Of a stretch of DNA of 64,000 nucleotides, positions 46,428 to 56,361 are shown in pieces. Under the pieces are notes generated by a model that worked only from the letters and a program-made list of their open reading frames with translations, searched no databases and was not told where the DNA came from. How positions within the stretch are numbered: position 1 is the first letter of the stretch; every line of letters begins with the position of its first letter. Source of the DNA: Thermoplasmata archaeon. GTDB lineage: Archaea > Thermoplasmatota > Thermoplasmata > RBG-16-68-12. The translations under genes were made by a program, and so were the position numbers. The stretch is from positions 1 to 64,000 of the forward strand of contig DATETY010000008.1 in assembly GCA_035283365.1 (NCBI GenBank), written 5' to 3'.

Positions 46428-49400
46428 TCACGGGGTGAATCGCACGCTCGGATACGGCTCCGCGGGATATCCGCCGCTCGGCGTCCCGATCGGGCCGCCC
46501 GTCGTCATGGGGCCGTACACGCGCCAGGTCCCGCTCGCGGCGTCCCACGTTCCGATGGACCCGGGGAACGTGGCTGCGAACCGCAGGGGCACCGCCGTCT
46601 GCACGTACTCCCCTGCGACGGGATCCGCCCCAATCGGCGTCGTGTTCGGATCGTGGAAAGCGACCGCGCCGGTCGGGAAGCGGAACAGCCACGTGTGACC
46701 CGCGGGCAGGTTCCAAGTTGCGGGGACGTAGTCGTATGGAGCCAGGATCGCGTACTGCTGCGACCCGGGGGTGCTGTGCGTGTACGTCCCGTCGGGGTAC
46801 CGATTCAACTCCGAAGCCGTGTGCTCGATCGGGTTGTTCGGGCCTGCGATGATGTCCGCGAGGGAGGCTCCCCACGACCACCGAGGCACGTCCCCCACGC
46901 GGTTCAGGGTGCCGTCCACGCCGGGGAGCGCGTCCTCCCGCATGTGGTACGGCACGACGGCGTCGAGGGCGAAGTCCATCGATGTGGACACTAGCGTGCC
47001 GCGGAACGCGATCCCCTCGAGGGCCCGCGGCTCCATGCCCCACCAGCCCGCGCGGCGGGAGGAGTCCAGGTGGTTGTCCCGGTACGACGCCGCGCCCCAG
47101 TGGAACCAGCGAGCGAGGAGGACGTCCGTGCCCCACGCCGCGTGATCGATCACGAGGGTCGTGACCCCGTCCGAGCCGACCGTCGCGGTGAACGCCGTGT
47201 AGAACGGCGAGTACCACCAGCCGAACCCGTTCATCACGTCGTACACGCCGATCATCGTGGAGCTCCCGCCCTGCTGGACCATGAAATCCTGCCACGCGGT
47301 CTCGGCGGCTCCGCGGGCTGCGCACCCCGCGGCGATGCTCGAAGACCACCAGGACCGGGCTGCGTTCGCGTCCGCGCCGACGACACCGAACAGCCGGCGG
47401 GACTCCTGCAGGTCCATCCGGAGGGTGACGAGAGAGCGCACGACGAAGCCGTCCAGGTCGAGCCGCCCGATCGGGCAGCCCGCGCCGGACAGCGAGTCCA
47501 CGAGGGCCGTGTCGACGTATTGCGCTCGCCAGTCGAACTCCAAGAGGGTGCCGGGCGCCTGGGCCGGCTCGCGGACGGGTAGGAACACAGGGGAGCCGAG
47601 CGAGTACCCGGGCACCTGGTCTCCCGCGGCGCGGACCCGGTACGGAGCGAACACCTGGGCATTCGTCGCGACGTCGTACGGCTCCGTCCCACCCGGGGTC
47701 GGGTACCAGCCCGTGTACGGGTACGCCGCGACATCGGGCACGCCGGATGCGGAGGCGACGCACACCCCGTTCGCAATCGCGGTCGCGTTGAAACACTCGG
47801 CCTCCATGGGGAGGTCTCCCCAGGTCGGAGTCCGGTAGTCCCACCACTCCCCGTACGGCACGTTGAAGAAGTCATAGAACTCGAGGTCGAGGGTCCACGG
47901 CCCGACCGAGACGACCTGCGACGCAGTCGATGTGAGGCCTCCGCCGTCCGTGATCGTGAGGGTGATCGTGTACGCACCGGGGGTCCCGTACCCGTGACTC
48001 GCGGTCCGACCGGATCCCGTCGTCCCGTCACCCCAGACCCACGCGTATCCGACGATCGTGCCCTCCGGGTCCGTGGAGACAGATGCGTCCACGGAAGCGG
48101 TCATGAGGGCGCGCGAGAGTGTGAAACCGGCCGTCGGAGGCCGGTTCTCCCCACGGACGGGCACGACCCGGGACGCGCTCCCCGTCAGGCCGTCCGAATC
48201 CGTCACGGTGAGGGTCACCGTGTAGTTCCCTCCGCCCAAGTAGATATGCGTGGCGCTGACCCCGCTGCCGGTCCGCGTGTCGCCGAAGTCCCACGCGTAC
48301 GAAACGATCGTCCCGTCCGCGTCCGACGAGCCCGCACCGTTGAAGTTCACGTTCTGCCCGCTCGAGGGAGACGCGGGGTCGAACGTGAACGACGCGGAGG
48401 GCGGGGACACGACCCGGACCGACTTGGACGCAGACGAGGTGAACCCGTCCGAATCGGTCACCTGGAGGACGACCGTGTACGTGCCGTGCAGGTCGTACGT
48501 GTGGGTCGCGGTGGGGCTCGTGAGCGCCGCCGACGTCGTGCCGTCGCCCCACGTCCAGCGGTACGTCGCGATCGTGCCGTCCGGGTCGTTCGAAGCCGAT
48601 CCGTCGAACGTCGCGGGTTGTCCGCGGACAGGCGAGGCCGGCGTCACGACGAATGAAGCGATCGGCGAGGCGTGGATCCGGACCGTCTTCGACGTCTCAC
48701 CCGTGAAGCCGTCGGCGTCCGTGACTCGGAGCGTCACGACGTACGATCCGAACTGGGCGAACGTGTGCGCCGCCGTCGCCGCCGCGGACGGCCCCGTCGT
48801 GGTCCCGTCGCCCCACGTCCAGCGGTACGTTGCGACCGTGCCGTCCGGATCGGAGGAGCTCGAACCGTCGAACGACACGGACGTCCCTGCGAGGGGTTTC
48901 GCGGGGGCGAACGAGAACGCGGCCGCGGGGACCGCGTGGATCCGCACGGATGTAGTCGTCGAGGCGGAGAACCCGTCCGAATCAACGACCGTCAGCCGGA
49001 CGGCGTACGTGCCGTATGCCGCGTACGTGTGCGCGCGCGTGGAGCCCGTCCCTGTCCCACCATCCCCGAAGTCCCAGGCGTACGATGCGATCGTTCCGTC
49101 TGGGTCCGTCGAGGCGGACCCGTCGAACGAGACGGACTGGCCCGCCAGGGGTTTCGCGGGTGTGAACGTGAACGAGGGGCTCGGGGGCGCGTAGATCCGG
49201 ACGGACCGGGTTGTGCTCGCGGTGAGGCCATCGGAGTCCGTCACGGTCAGCGTGACCGTGTACGTGCCGTACGCGGCGTACGGATGGGAGGCCGTCCGAC
49301 CCGTCCCGATCCCTCCATCGCCGAAGGCCCACGCGTACGACGAGACCGTGCCGTCCGGATCGGACGAGGCGGACGCGTCGAACGCGACTGCTTGGCCCGT

Positions 49401-52400
49401 GAGCGGCTTCGCGGGGCTCGTCGTGAAGCTCGCGACGGGTCGCGCAAGGATCCGCACGTTCGTCGTGATCGTGCCCGTGAACCCGTCCCCGTCCGTGACC
49501 GTGAGCCGGACCGCGTATGTGCCGTAGCGGGCAAACGTGTGGGCCGCGGTCGCCGACGAAGACGGGCCCGACATCGTGCCGTCTCCCCAGTCCCAAGCGA
49601 AGGACACGACGGCCCCATCCGGGTCCGTCGACCCGGAGGCGTCGAAGGAGACGGACGCCCCTTCGAGCGGCCCCGCCGGGCTGTACACGAACGCGGCCGT
49701 CGGCGGGGCGTAGATGCGCACCGCGCGAGACGTGGTCCCCGTGACGCCCTCGTTGTCCGTCACGGTCAGCGTGACCGTGAACGTCCCGTGGCTCGCGTAC
49801 GCATGGCTGACCGTGCGGCCCGTCCCCTGGATCCCGTCCCCGAACGTCCACGCGTACGACGAGACCGCGCCGTCCGGATCGGACGAGGCGGACGCGTCGA
49901 ACGCGACGGACTGGCCCCGGAGCGGCTTCGCGGGGAGGTACGAGAAGGACGCGATGGGGCGGCCCAGGATCCGAACGGAGAGGGAGGTGCTTCCGGTCAG
50001 GCCGTCCGAATCGGACACGGTGAGCGACACGACGTACGTCCCATAGCCCGCGTACGTGTGCCCGAGCACGCGGCCGCTGCCCGTCGTGCCATCGCCGAAC
50101 GTCCAGGCGTACGAGACGATCGTGCCGTCCGGGTCGGAGGAGGCGGACGCGTCGAACGTGGCGGCCTGGCCCTCGACCGGCTTCGGCGGCGAGAACGTGA
50201 AGCTCGCGCCGGGCCGAGCGAGGACGCGCACGGTCCGCGATAGCGTCCCGGTGAGCCCGTCGTTCCCCGTCACGGTGAGCCGCACGGTGAACGAACCGTG
50301 CGTCGCGTACGCGTGCGTCGCAAGGCGGCCCGACCCGGAGGCCCCGTCCCCGAAATCCCACGCGTACGAGGCGATCGAGCTGTCCGGGTCGCTCGACGCG
50401 GACGCGTCGAACGAGACGACGGTCCCGGGGAGGGGGCCCGATGGAGCGAACGTGAAATCGGCCGTCGGTGGGGCGAAGACGGTCACGCGCTCGAAGGCCT
50501 CTGCGACGAGGCCGTCCGCGTCCGTGACTAGCAGGGACACGCGGTACGTGCCGTGCATCGGGTACGCGTGGCCCGCAGTCCGCCCGGTCCCCGATGACCC
50601 GTCCCCGAAGTCCCACGCGTACGAGGCGATCGGCCCGTCCGGATCGGACGAGGGGGACGCGTCGAACGAGACCATGTCCCCCACCTTCGGACTGAGCGGG
50701 GTGAACGTGAACCCGGCGGAAGGGGCCGCGAGGACCCGGACCGTCTTCGTGATCCGAGCGGTCAGCGCGTCGCTGTCCGTGACCGTGAGCGCGACCGTGT
50801 ACGACCCGTACGAGACATACGCGTGGGCGGCGATGCGGCCGGATCCCGTCGTCCCATCGCCGAAAACCCACGCGTACGAGACGATCGAGCCGTCGGGGTC
50901 CCGGGAAGCGGACGCGTCGAATGTGATCGTCTGGTCCGCGAGCGGGACCGCCGGGGAGAAGCCGAAATCCGCGATGGGCGCCGCGCGGACGCGGAGGGAC
51001 CTCGACGCGGCGGCCCACTCGCCGTCGTTGTCCGTCACCGTCAGCGTGATCATGTACGTCCCGGCGACCGCGAACGTCCGGCTCCAGGTCGACGCGGTCC
51101 CCGAACCGCCGTCGCTGGACGACCACGCGTACGACGCGATGGTCCCGTCCGGATCGTACGTGGCCCGCCCATCGAACGCGACGGGCTGGCCGGCGAGCGG
51201 GCTCTCGGGGGCGATCGTGAACGTGACGACGGGCGGGATGGGGACGTAGGGGGCCACGACGACGGACCGGGTCAGGGACGCCCGGAGGCCGTCCGAGTCC
51301 GTGACGGTCAGGGACACGGCGAACGTGCCGTCCTGCGCATACGTGTGCGTGACGACGACGCCCGAGGCCTGTCCCCCGTCCCCGAAGGCCCACTCATACG
51401 CGACCACGGTCCCGTCCGGGTCCGTGGTGGCCGACGCGTCGAACGTGACGGCCTTCCGGGCGGTCGGGTCCGCCGGGGTGTACGTGAACGAGGGCACGGG
51501 CGGCGCCCGGACGCGGACGGACTTCGACGCGCTGCTCGAGAACCCGTCGCTCGCCGTCACGCGCAGCAGGACGGAATAGGTCCCCGCGGTCCCGAAGGCG
51601 TGGGACGTGATCCGGCCCGACCCGCTCGTGCCGTCCCCGAAGTCCCACGCGTACGAGACGATGGCGCTGTCCGGGTCCTGGGACGCGGAAGCGTCGAACG
51701 TGACGGGCGCGGCCACGACGGGGTCCGCGGGGCTGAAGGCGAAATCGGCTGTGGGGCCCGCGAACACGGAGATCCGGGCGGAGGCGTCCGACGCGAGACC
51801 GTCTGCATCCGTCACGCGGAGCTCGGCGCGGTACGTCCCATGGAGAGCGTACACGTGCGTCGTGAGCGGGCTCGTGACCGTGGACGTCGTCCCGTCCCCC
51901 CACGTCCATGCGTACGTGAGGGCCGTGCCGTCCGGGTCCCGCGATGCGGATGCGTCGAACGCGACCGGGTCCCCGCTCCGCGGGACCAGCGGCGAGAACG
52001 TGAACGAGGCGGACGGGGCGATCGCGATGCGCACGATCTTGGAGACCGACGCGGTCCTCGAGGAATCGTCCCGAACCGTGAGCGTGACCGTGAACGAGCC
52101 GTGCGTCGCATACGCATGCAAGGCGATCTGACCGCTCCCGGTCGACCCATCCCCGAACGTCCACGCGTACGACACGATGGCCCCGTCGTCGCGCGAGCCC
52201 GATGCGTCGAAGGTGACCGGCTCCCCGACGACCGGGAGCGCGGGGGAGAACGCGAAGGCGGGCTTCGGAGGCTGGCCGGCCCGTGGGACCAAGTCCGCCG
52301 AGCCGTCGCCGGAGTGCCCGTCGGACGAAACGAAGGATTGCGCACACGTCGCCCAGGCCCCGGGCCGGCCGATCGGCGTGAGCGCGGCCCAGTACTCGAG

Positions 52401-52736
52401 GCCCGCCGCGACGGGGATGCCCTCGAATCGTGCCGGACTGAGTGTCGCGAGACCGAACGAGATCCGTTCCGAATGAATCGGGGCACCGCCCGGGTCCGTG
52501 CTCTCGAATATGTCGAGGCCCATCCCGACGAGGCCATGGCTCTCGAAGGAGAGGGACCACGTCCCGGCGCGGTCCGGCACGAACCCAAAGGCGCGCGCGT
52601 CCCCGCGGGGATCCGACTCGAACGAGCGGGTCACGCGACACATCGACGCATCGACCGGCGGGTCCGCGCTCGCCGCGACGAAGACGCCGGACGCGATGAG
52701 GACGGCGGCCGCCACGGCGAACGTCCTGGGACCCAC
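46428..52736 (-). CDS. giant secreted protein (2102 aa): signal peptide, about 17 tandem PKD domains, then the shared unrecognised C-terminal domain (paralog 4)
   Basis: GTG at 52736. Signal peptide MGPRTFAVAAAVLIASGVFVAASA. Seventeen repeats of the PKD core (V.FDASAS.DPDG.I.SYAW.FGDG). C-terminus FYDFFNVPYGEWWDYR...AWGTDVLLARWFHWG. Confidence 0.85.
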   Translation of the reverse strand: MGPRTFAVAAAVLIASGVFVAASADPPVDASMCRVTRSFESDPRGDARAFGFVPDRAGTWSLSFESHGLVGMGLDIFESTDPGGAPIHSERISFGLATLSPARFEGIPVAAGLEYWAALTPIGRPGAWATCAQSFVSSDGHSGDGSADLVPRAGQPPKPAFAFSPALPVVGEPVTFDASGSRDDGAIVSYAWTFGDGSTGSGQIALHAYATHGSFTVTLTVRDDSSRTASVSKIVRIAIAPSASFTFSPLVPRSGDPVAFDASASRDPDGTALTYAWTWGDGTTSTVTSPLTTHVYALHGTYRAELRVTDADGLASDASARISVFAGPTADFAFSPADPVVAAPVTFDASASQDPDSAIVSYAWDFGDGTSGSGRITSHAFGTAGTYSVLLRVTASDGFSSSASKSVRVRAPPVPSFTYTPADPTARKAVTFDASATTDPDGTVVAYEWAFGDGGQASGVVVTHTYAQDGTFAVSLTVTDSDGLRASLTRSVVVAPYVPIPPVVTFTIAPESPLAGQPVAFDGRATYDPDGTIASYAWSSSDGGSGTASTWSRTFAVAGTYMITLTVTDNDGEWAAASRSLRVRAAPIADFGFSPAVPLADQTITFDASASRDPDGSIVSYAWVFGDGTTGSGRIAAHAYVSYGSYTVALTVTDSDALTARITKTVRVLAAPSAGFTFTPLSPKVGDMVSFDASPSSDPDGPIASYAWDFGDGSSGTGRTAGHAYPMHGTYRVSLLVTDADGLVAEAFERVTVFAPPTADFTFAPSGPLPGTVVSFDASASSDPDSSIASYAWDFGDGASGSGRLATHAYATHGSFTVRLTVTGNDGLTGTLSRTVRVLARPGASFTFSPPKPVEGQAATFDASASSDPDGTIVSYAWTFGDGTTGSGRVLGHTYAGYGTYVVSLTVSDSDGLTGSTSLSVRILGRPIASFSYLPAKPLRGQSVAFDASASSDPDGAVSSYAWTFGDGIQGTGRTVSHAYASHGTFTVTLTVTDNEGVTGTTSRAVRIYAPPTAAFVYSPAGPLEGASVSFDASGSTDPDGAVVSFAWDWGDGTMSGPSSSATAAHTFARYGTYAVRLTVTDGDGFTGTITTNVRILARPVASFTTSPAKPLTGQAVAFDASASSDPDGTVSSYAWAFGDGGIGTGRTASHPYAAYGTYTVTLTVTDSDGLTASTTRSVRIYAPPSPSFTFTPAKPLAGQSVSFDGSASTDPDGTIASYAWDFGDGGTGTGSTRAHTYAAYGTYAVRLTVVDSDGFSASTTTSVRIHAVPAAAFSFAPAKPLAGTSVSFDGSSSSDPDGTVATYRWTWGDGTTTGPSAAATAAHTFAQFGSYVVTLRVTDADGFTGETSKTVRIHASPIASFVVTPASPVRGQPATFDGSASNDPDGTIATYRWTWGDGTTSAALTSPTATHTYDLHGTYTVVLQVTDSDGFTSSASKSVRVVSPPSASFTFDPASPSSGQNVNFNGAGSSDADGTIVSYAWDFGDTRTGSGVSATHIYLGGGNYTVTLTVTDSDGLTGSASRVVPVRGENRPPTAGFTLSRALMTASVDASVSTDPEGTIVGYAWVWGDGTTGSGRTASHGYGTPGAYTITLTITDGGGLTSTASQVVSVGPWTLDLEFYDFFNVPYGEWWDYRTPTWGDLPMEAECFNATAIANGVCVASASGVPDVAAYPYTGWYPTPGGTEPYDVATNAQVFAPYRVRAAGDQVPGYSLGSPVFLPVREPAQAPGTLLEFDWRAQYVDTALVDSLSGAGCPIGRLDLDGFVVRSLVTLRMDLQESRRLFGVVGADANAARSWWSSSIAAGCAARGAAETAWQDFMVQQGGSSTMIGVYDVMNGFGWWYSPFYTAFTATVGSDGVTTLVIDHAAWGTDVLLARWFHWGAASYRDNHLDSSRRAGWWGMEPRALEGIAFRGTLVSTSMDFALDAVVPYHMREDALPGVDGTLNRVGDVPRWSWGASLADIIAGPNNPIEHTASELNRYPDGTYTHSTPGSQQYAILAPYDYVPATWNLPAGHTWLFRFPTGAVAFHDPNTTPIGADPVAGEYVQTAVPLRFAATFPGSIGTWDAASGTWRVYGPMTTGGPIGTPSGGYPAEPYPSVRFTP
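48254..52214 (-). repeat. tandem coding repeats of about 255-260 bp (the PKD-domain array)
   Basis: About 17 consecutive PKD units. The DNA is visibly repetitive (recurring gacccggacgg...tacgcgtgggacttcggggacgg cores). Confidence 0.8.
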
Positions 52737-52863
52737 GCCGATTCCCCCTCGCCCCCGCGCCCGGGCAGCGCCGCGGGCACGCCGTACGCGACCATGTAGG
52801 TTTCGCTCCGTCGGGCCGCGAACCCGCCGCGGGCGCAGGAATGTTCCGTTTCCCGCGGGCCGC

Positions 52864-54045
52864 TCAGCCGAGGGATCGCGTTTCCTCGGCTTGCTCGACG
52901 ACCCGGATCGCCCGATCCCGGGCGCTCAGTTCGCGGAAGTACGGGAGCGGGTCCAGCGCGACCTCGGGCGGGATCGTCCCGCGGCGCTTCACTTTTCCCT
53001 GGAGGATCCACTGGGCCGCGATGGACGGCGGGACTCCCGTGTCCACGACGCCCCCTCCGACGTTCCACCGCTTGTGAGGCCATGTGACCGCCTCGTACCG
53101 GAGGGTCATCGTGTGGCCGTCCTTCGCGCCGATCACGACCGCGCGCTGGATGTCCACATCGAGCTCGGGTTCCTTGGGTTTCGGCAGGGCGTCGATGGCG
53201 GTCGATGTGACGTCGTACGGGCGGACCTTCGAGCCGTCGACCTCGATCGGGTCGCGGCTCGCGAGGCCGAGGCGCACGAGGGTCGCGACGGTCTGCGTGA
53301 ACGCGGGCGGGAAGGCGACGATGAAATCGAGTTCCCGGAGGCCCTTCCCGATCGTCTTGGGCATCGTGGCGAGCTCCGAGTGGATCGTGTAATATCCCTC
53401 CACGACCCCGACGGGTGGGGCGAACTCGGAGCGCTCGAGCCCCGACAGGGCCGGGACGAACCGGAGTTTCCCGTCTCGCAGGACCGGCGCGTCCATGGAG
53501 AACTCGTCGAAGATCGTGCGGATCGCGTACGGCGGCACGAACTTATCCGGCTCTCCGCCCGAGACGACGGCCCCGCTGCTCCGGAGCTCGATCTTCTCCA
53601 CCCGGTCGAGACGGCTCGCGCCGTAGGCCGCCATCACGTTCATCGTGCCGGGCGTCGACCCGATCCCCAGGAGACACGTGACCCCGGCGTCCTTCGCCAT
53701 CTTGTCGCGCTTCATCTGCTCGAGGGTCTGGTGGAACAGGCCGCCCAGGTCGATGTAGTGGACGCCCGCCTGAATCGCAGCCTCCATGATCGGGACGTTC
53801 ATGTCGTACCAAGTGCTGTTGATGACGGCCCCCCAGCCCTTGAGGGCCTTCACGAGGGCCGGGCGGTCGCGCGCGTCGATCCCGAGGGGGACCGCGCGGT
53901 CGTCCCGGAATCGCTTCGCGAACGACTTCGCCCTCGGGAGGCTGCGCCCGGCGATCCCGACCCGCTCCACGCCGGGGCTTTCGAGCAGGTCCGGGACCGT
54001 CGACTGGGCCATCGCTCCGTATCCGCCGAGCACGAGGACTTCCAT
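52864..54045 (-). CDS. saccharopine-dehydrogenase-family NAD(P)-binding protein
   Basis: MEVLVLGGYGAMAQ Rossmann start. ATG at 54045 after GGGGGAGG. The long in-frame upstream extension in the ORF track is Arg-rich and overlaps the MFS gene. Confidence 0.75.
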   Translation of the reverse strand: MEVLVLGGYGAMAQSTVPDLLESPGVERVGIAGRSLPRAKSFAKRFRDDRAVPLGIDARDRPALVKALKGWGAVINSTWYDMNVPIMEAAIQAGVHYIDLGGLFHQTLEQMKRDKMAKDAGVTCLLGIGSTPGTMNVMAAYGASRLDRVEKIELRSSGAVVSGGEPDKFVPPYAIRTIFDEFSMDAPVLRDGKLRFVPALSGLERSEFAPPVGVVEGYYTIHSELATMPKTIGKGLRELDFIVAFPPAFTQTVATLVRLGLASRDPIEVDGSKVRPYDVTSTAIDALPKPKEPELDVDIQRAVVIGAKDGHTMTLRYEAVTWPHKRWNVGGGVVDTGVPPSIAAQWILQGKVKRRGTIPPEVALDPLPYFRELSARDRAIRVVEQAEETRSLG

Positions 54046-54092
54046 GGGCGCCTCCCCCTCGTCCGGAAGCGAGGAAGGTAGATAACGGTTCT

Positions 54093-55388
54093 TCAATGGG
54101 ACCGAGGCGAGGCCCCTTCCGGTTGGGCGTCGAGGCGGAGGACGATCGCACCGCCCACGACGAAGGCCACCGCGAGTCCGAAGGCGGACGGATAGCCAAG
54201 GGACTGCGCGGCGAACCCGCCAAGGAGAGGACCCGCGATCGAGCCGACTCCCTGGGTCGCGTTGTACGCGCCGAGGGCCTCCGCCCGCCCGCGTTCCGGG
54301 GCGAGCTTCGAGACGAGCGTGTTCCCCGCCACGTTCAGGACGGCCCAGCACAGGCCGATCCCCGCGTGGAGGACGAGCGCGAGCGGGAAGCGCACGAGGA
54401 CGGGGAACGGGAGGATCGCGAGGGCGAGGAACGACGGGAACAGGGCGCCCCGGGCGAGGGACGCGTACACCTGCATGGGGCGGCTGCCCCGCGACGCGAT
54501 CCACCGAGCGACGGACCCGTACGCGACCGCGGACGCGACATGGCTTGCGATGTACACGGCGAAGATGTCCGCGCTGCCGAACCCGTACGCTTCCTTGAGG
54601 AAGATCGGGAAGAACGCGTAGAACGCCGTGAAGCCCGTGAACAGGAGGAACACGCTCCCGAGGTAGACGCGCAGCGGACGCGGGAGGCGCGCGCTCCGTC
54701 CGGGACGGGGTCGCGGGTCGATGAAGTACAGGAGCCGCATCGGAAGGAACTTGACCCGCTCGATCCGGGGATGGAAATCCACGAGGGCCACGTCGCGACG
54801 CTCGACCTTCACGGCGGGCTCTCGGAGCCACACGGCCCCGAGGACCCCCGCGACCCCGCTCAGGACGGCCCCGACCACGAACAGGGAACGCATCGCGCCC
54901 ATCTCGGTGAGAGGCACGCTGCCGACCGCCAGCCAAGCGACCCCGAGGGACAACCCGGCGACCCACCCGATCCCCCCGACGCGACTCAGGAGGGCGAGCC
55001 GGGACGGCCATTGCTTCCGATCCGACGTCTCCATGACGAGGACCGCGCCCACGGGTCCGCCGGCACTCGCCAGGAACCCGATGAGCAGGTTCGCGAGGTA
55101 GAACGCGGGCATCGAGGCGGCCCACGCCATCGCGGCGAAGCATGCAGCGGTCCCGCCGAACCCGAGGAGGAGGAACGGCTTCCTCCGCCCGAGACGGTCC
55201 GAAAGGACCCCCCACAGGATGAACGCGGGGACGGAGGCGATGCTCGTCGCCGCCGCGATGATCCCGACCTCCGCGAGCCCGCCCCCCAGGGCGTGGGCAA
55301 ACAGCGGGATGAGGGCCGAGGTCGCGCCCCCGGCCATGCCGTACGGGATGTACGAGTAGAACCATCGAGATCCGTCGGGTCGGCCCAA
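54093..55388 (-). CDS. MFS transporter
   Basis: Twelve predicted TM helices. MFS signature GVLSDRLGRRKPFLLLG. Start is TTG at 55388 or a later ATG. Confidence 0.75.
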   Translation of the reverse strand: MGRPDGSRWFYSYIPYGMAGGATSALIPLFAHALGGGLAEVGIIAAATSIASVPAFILWGVLSDRLGRRKPFLLLGFGGTAACFAAMAWAASMPAFYLANLLIGFLASAGGPVGAVLVMETSDRKQWPSRLALLSRVGGIGWVAGLSLGVAWLAVGSVPLTEMGAMRSLFVVGAVLSGVAGVLGAVWLREPAVKVERRDVALVDFHPRIERVKFLPMRLLYFIDPRPRPGRSARLPRPLRVYLGSVFLLFTGFTAFYAFFPIFLKEAYGFGSADIFAVYIASHVASAVAYGSVARWIASRGSRPMQVYASLARGALFPSFLALAILPFPVLVRFPLALVLHAGIGLCWAVLNVAGNTLVSKLAPERGRAEALGAYNATQGVGSIAGPLLGGFAAQSLGYPSAFGLAVAFVVGGAIVLRLDAQPEGASPRSH

Positions 55389-55477
55389 CCCATCCCTTCG
55401 TCCGGGCGCTCAGCCCGGGCCCGTATTTGGAATTTGCGCCCCGTCCACGCGCGAACGCGGGCCCGCGGTCGGGTTCG

Positions 55478-56284
55478 TCACAGGAGGTCGAGGACGAGTT
55501 TCGCGGCCGCGACGAACAGGACGAGGATGAACAGGAGCGCGACGGACCGGGTCTTCAGACGCCGGAGGCCCCACCGCGAGCCCACATACGCGCCCACGAA
55601 GACGATCGGCATGAGGATCGGGATGAGGAAGAACTCCGGCGGCGCGACGAAGCCTGCCGGCCGGGCCGCGAGCTCCACCAGGTACGCGCCGAGGCCGACG
55701 GCCGCGGTCGGGATGATGAGTAGCGACGACGTCCCGATCGCGAGGCGCGTCCGGCGACCGAGGCCGTACACGAGGAGGGGCACGTTGACGAGCCCGCCCC
55801 CGATCCCCATGCTCCCGGAGAGAAATCCGGATCCCGTGGTCGCCGCGGCGGTCCCCGCGACCCGCGGGCGGGACAGCTTGGAGGGATCGTCCGCGTCGAC
55901 GGACCGGGCGTTCCGCACCCAGTCGTGGAGCATGTACACCCCGAAGGCGAGGAGGACGGTCGTGAAGAACGCCTTGAACCCTCGCTCGTCCAAGACGAAC
56001 AAGGTGAAGGACGTCCCCAGGAGGGCGCCCGCCAGGGCGCCCGCGACGAGGAGGCTCCCGAGCCGGTAGTCGACGAGACCGTGGCGATGGTGGTTGATCA
56101 CGGAGGAACTCGCGGTCGCGATCGTGAACGTGAGGGACACGGGCACCGCGACGTCGCTCGACGCGACTCCCGTAGACAGGAGGATCGGGACGAACAGGAG
56201 GCCCCCGCCGAGCCCCAGGTTCGAGTAGATGAACGCCACCGCGAAAATGAGGACGGCCTGGAGCGCGAAGACGCCGGCGTCCAC
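55478..56284 (-). CDS. TauE/SafE-family anion exporter (DUF81)
   Basis: Two internal repeats each containing a GxGGG motif (NLGLGGGLLFVPILL and SMGIGGGLVNVPLLV). Confidence 0.75.
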   Translation of the reverse strand: MDAGVFALQAVLIFAVAFIYSNLGLGGGLLFVPILLSTGVASSDVAVPVSLTFTIATASSSVINHHRHGLVDYRLGSLLVAGALAGALLGTSFTLFVLDERGFKAFFTTVLLAFGVYMLHDWVRNARSVDADDPSKLSRPRVAGTAAATTGSGFLSGSMGIGGGLVNVPLLVYGLGRRTRLAIGTSSLLIIPTAAVGLGAYLVELAARPAGFVAPPEFFLIPILMPIVFVGAYVGSRWGLRRLKTRSVALLFILVLFVAAAKLVLDLL

Positions 56285-56361
56285 GCGGCTCGAACCGCGG
56301 CGCCGTATTAAACGCTGACGCGCGGCGCGAGCCTTATCTACGCACGCCCGGATGGGCCGCC

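Noticed and set aside
48254-52214. Regular 255-260 bp periodicity that could be mistaken for a CRISPR or satellite array
   Set aside because: The repeats are much longer than CRISPR repeats, have no spacer structure, and translate in frame into consecutive PKD domains. They are coding repeats.
54046-55365. Upstream in-frame extension of the saccharopine-dehydrogenase-family ORF (giving an 833-aa ORF)
   Set aside because: The extension overlaps the real MFS transporter gene in another frame and is Arg/Gly-rich. An ATG with a GGGGGAGG RBS at 54045 starts the recognisable Rossmann fold.
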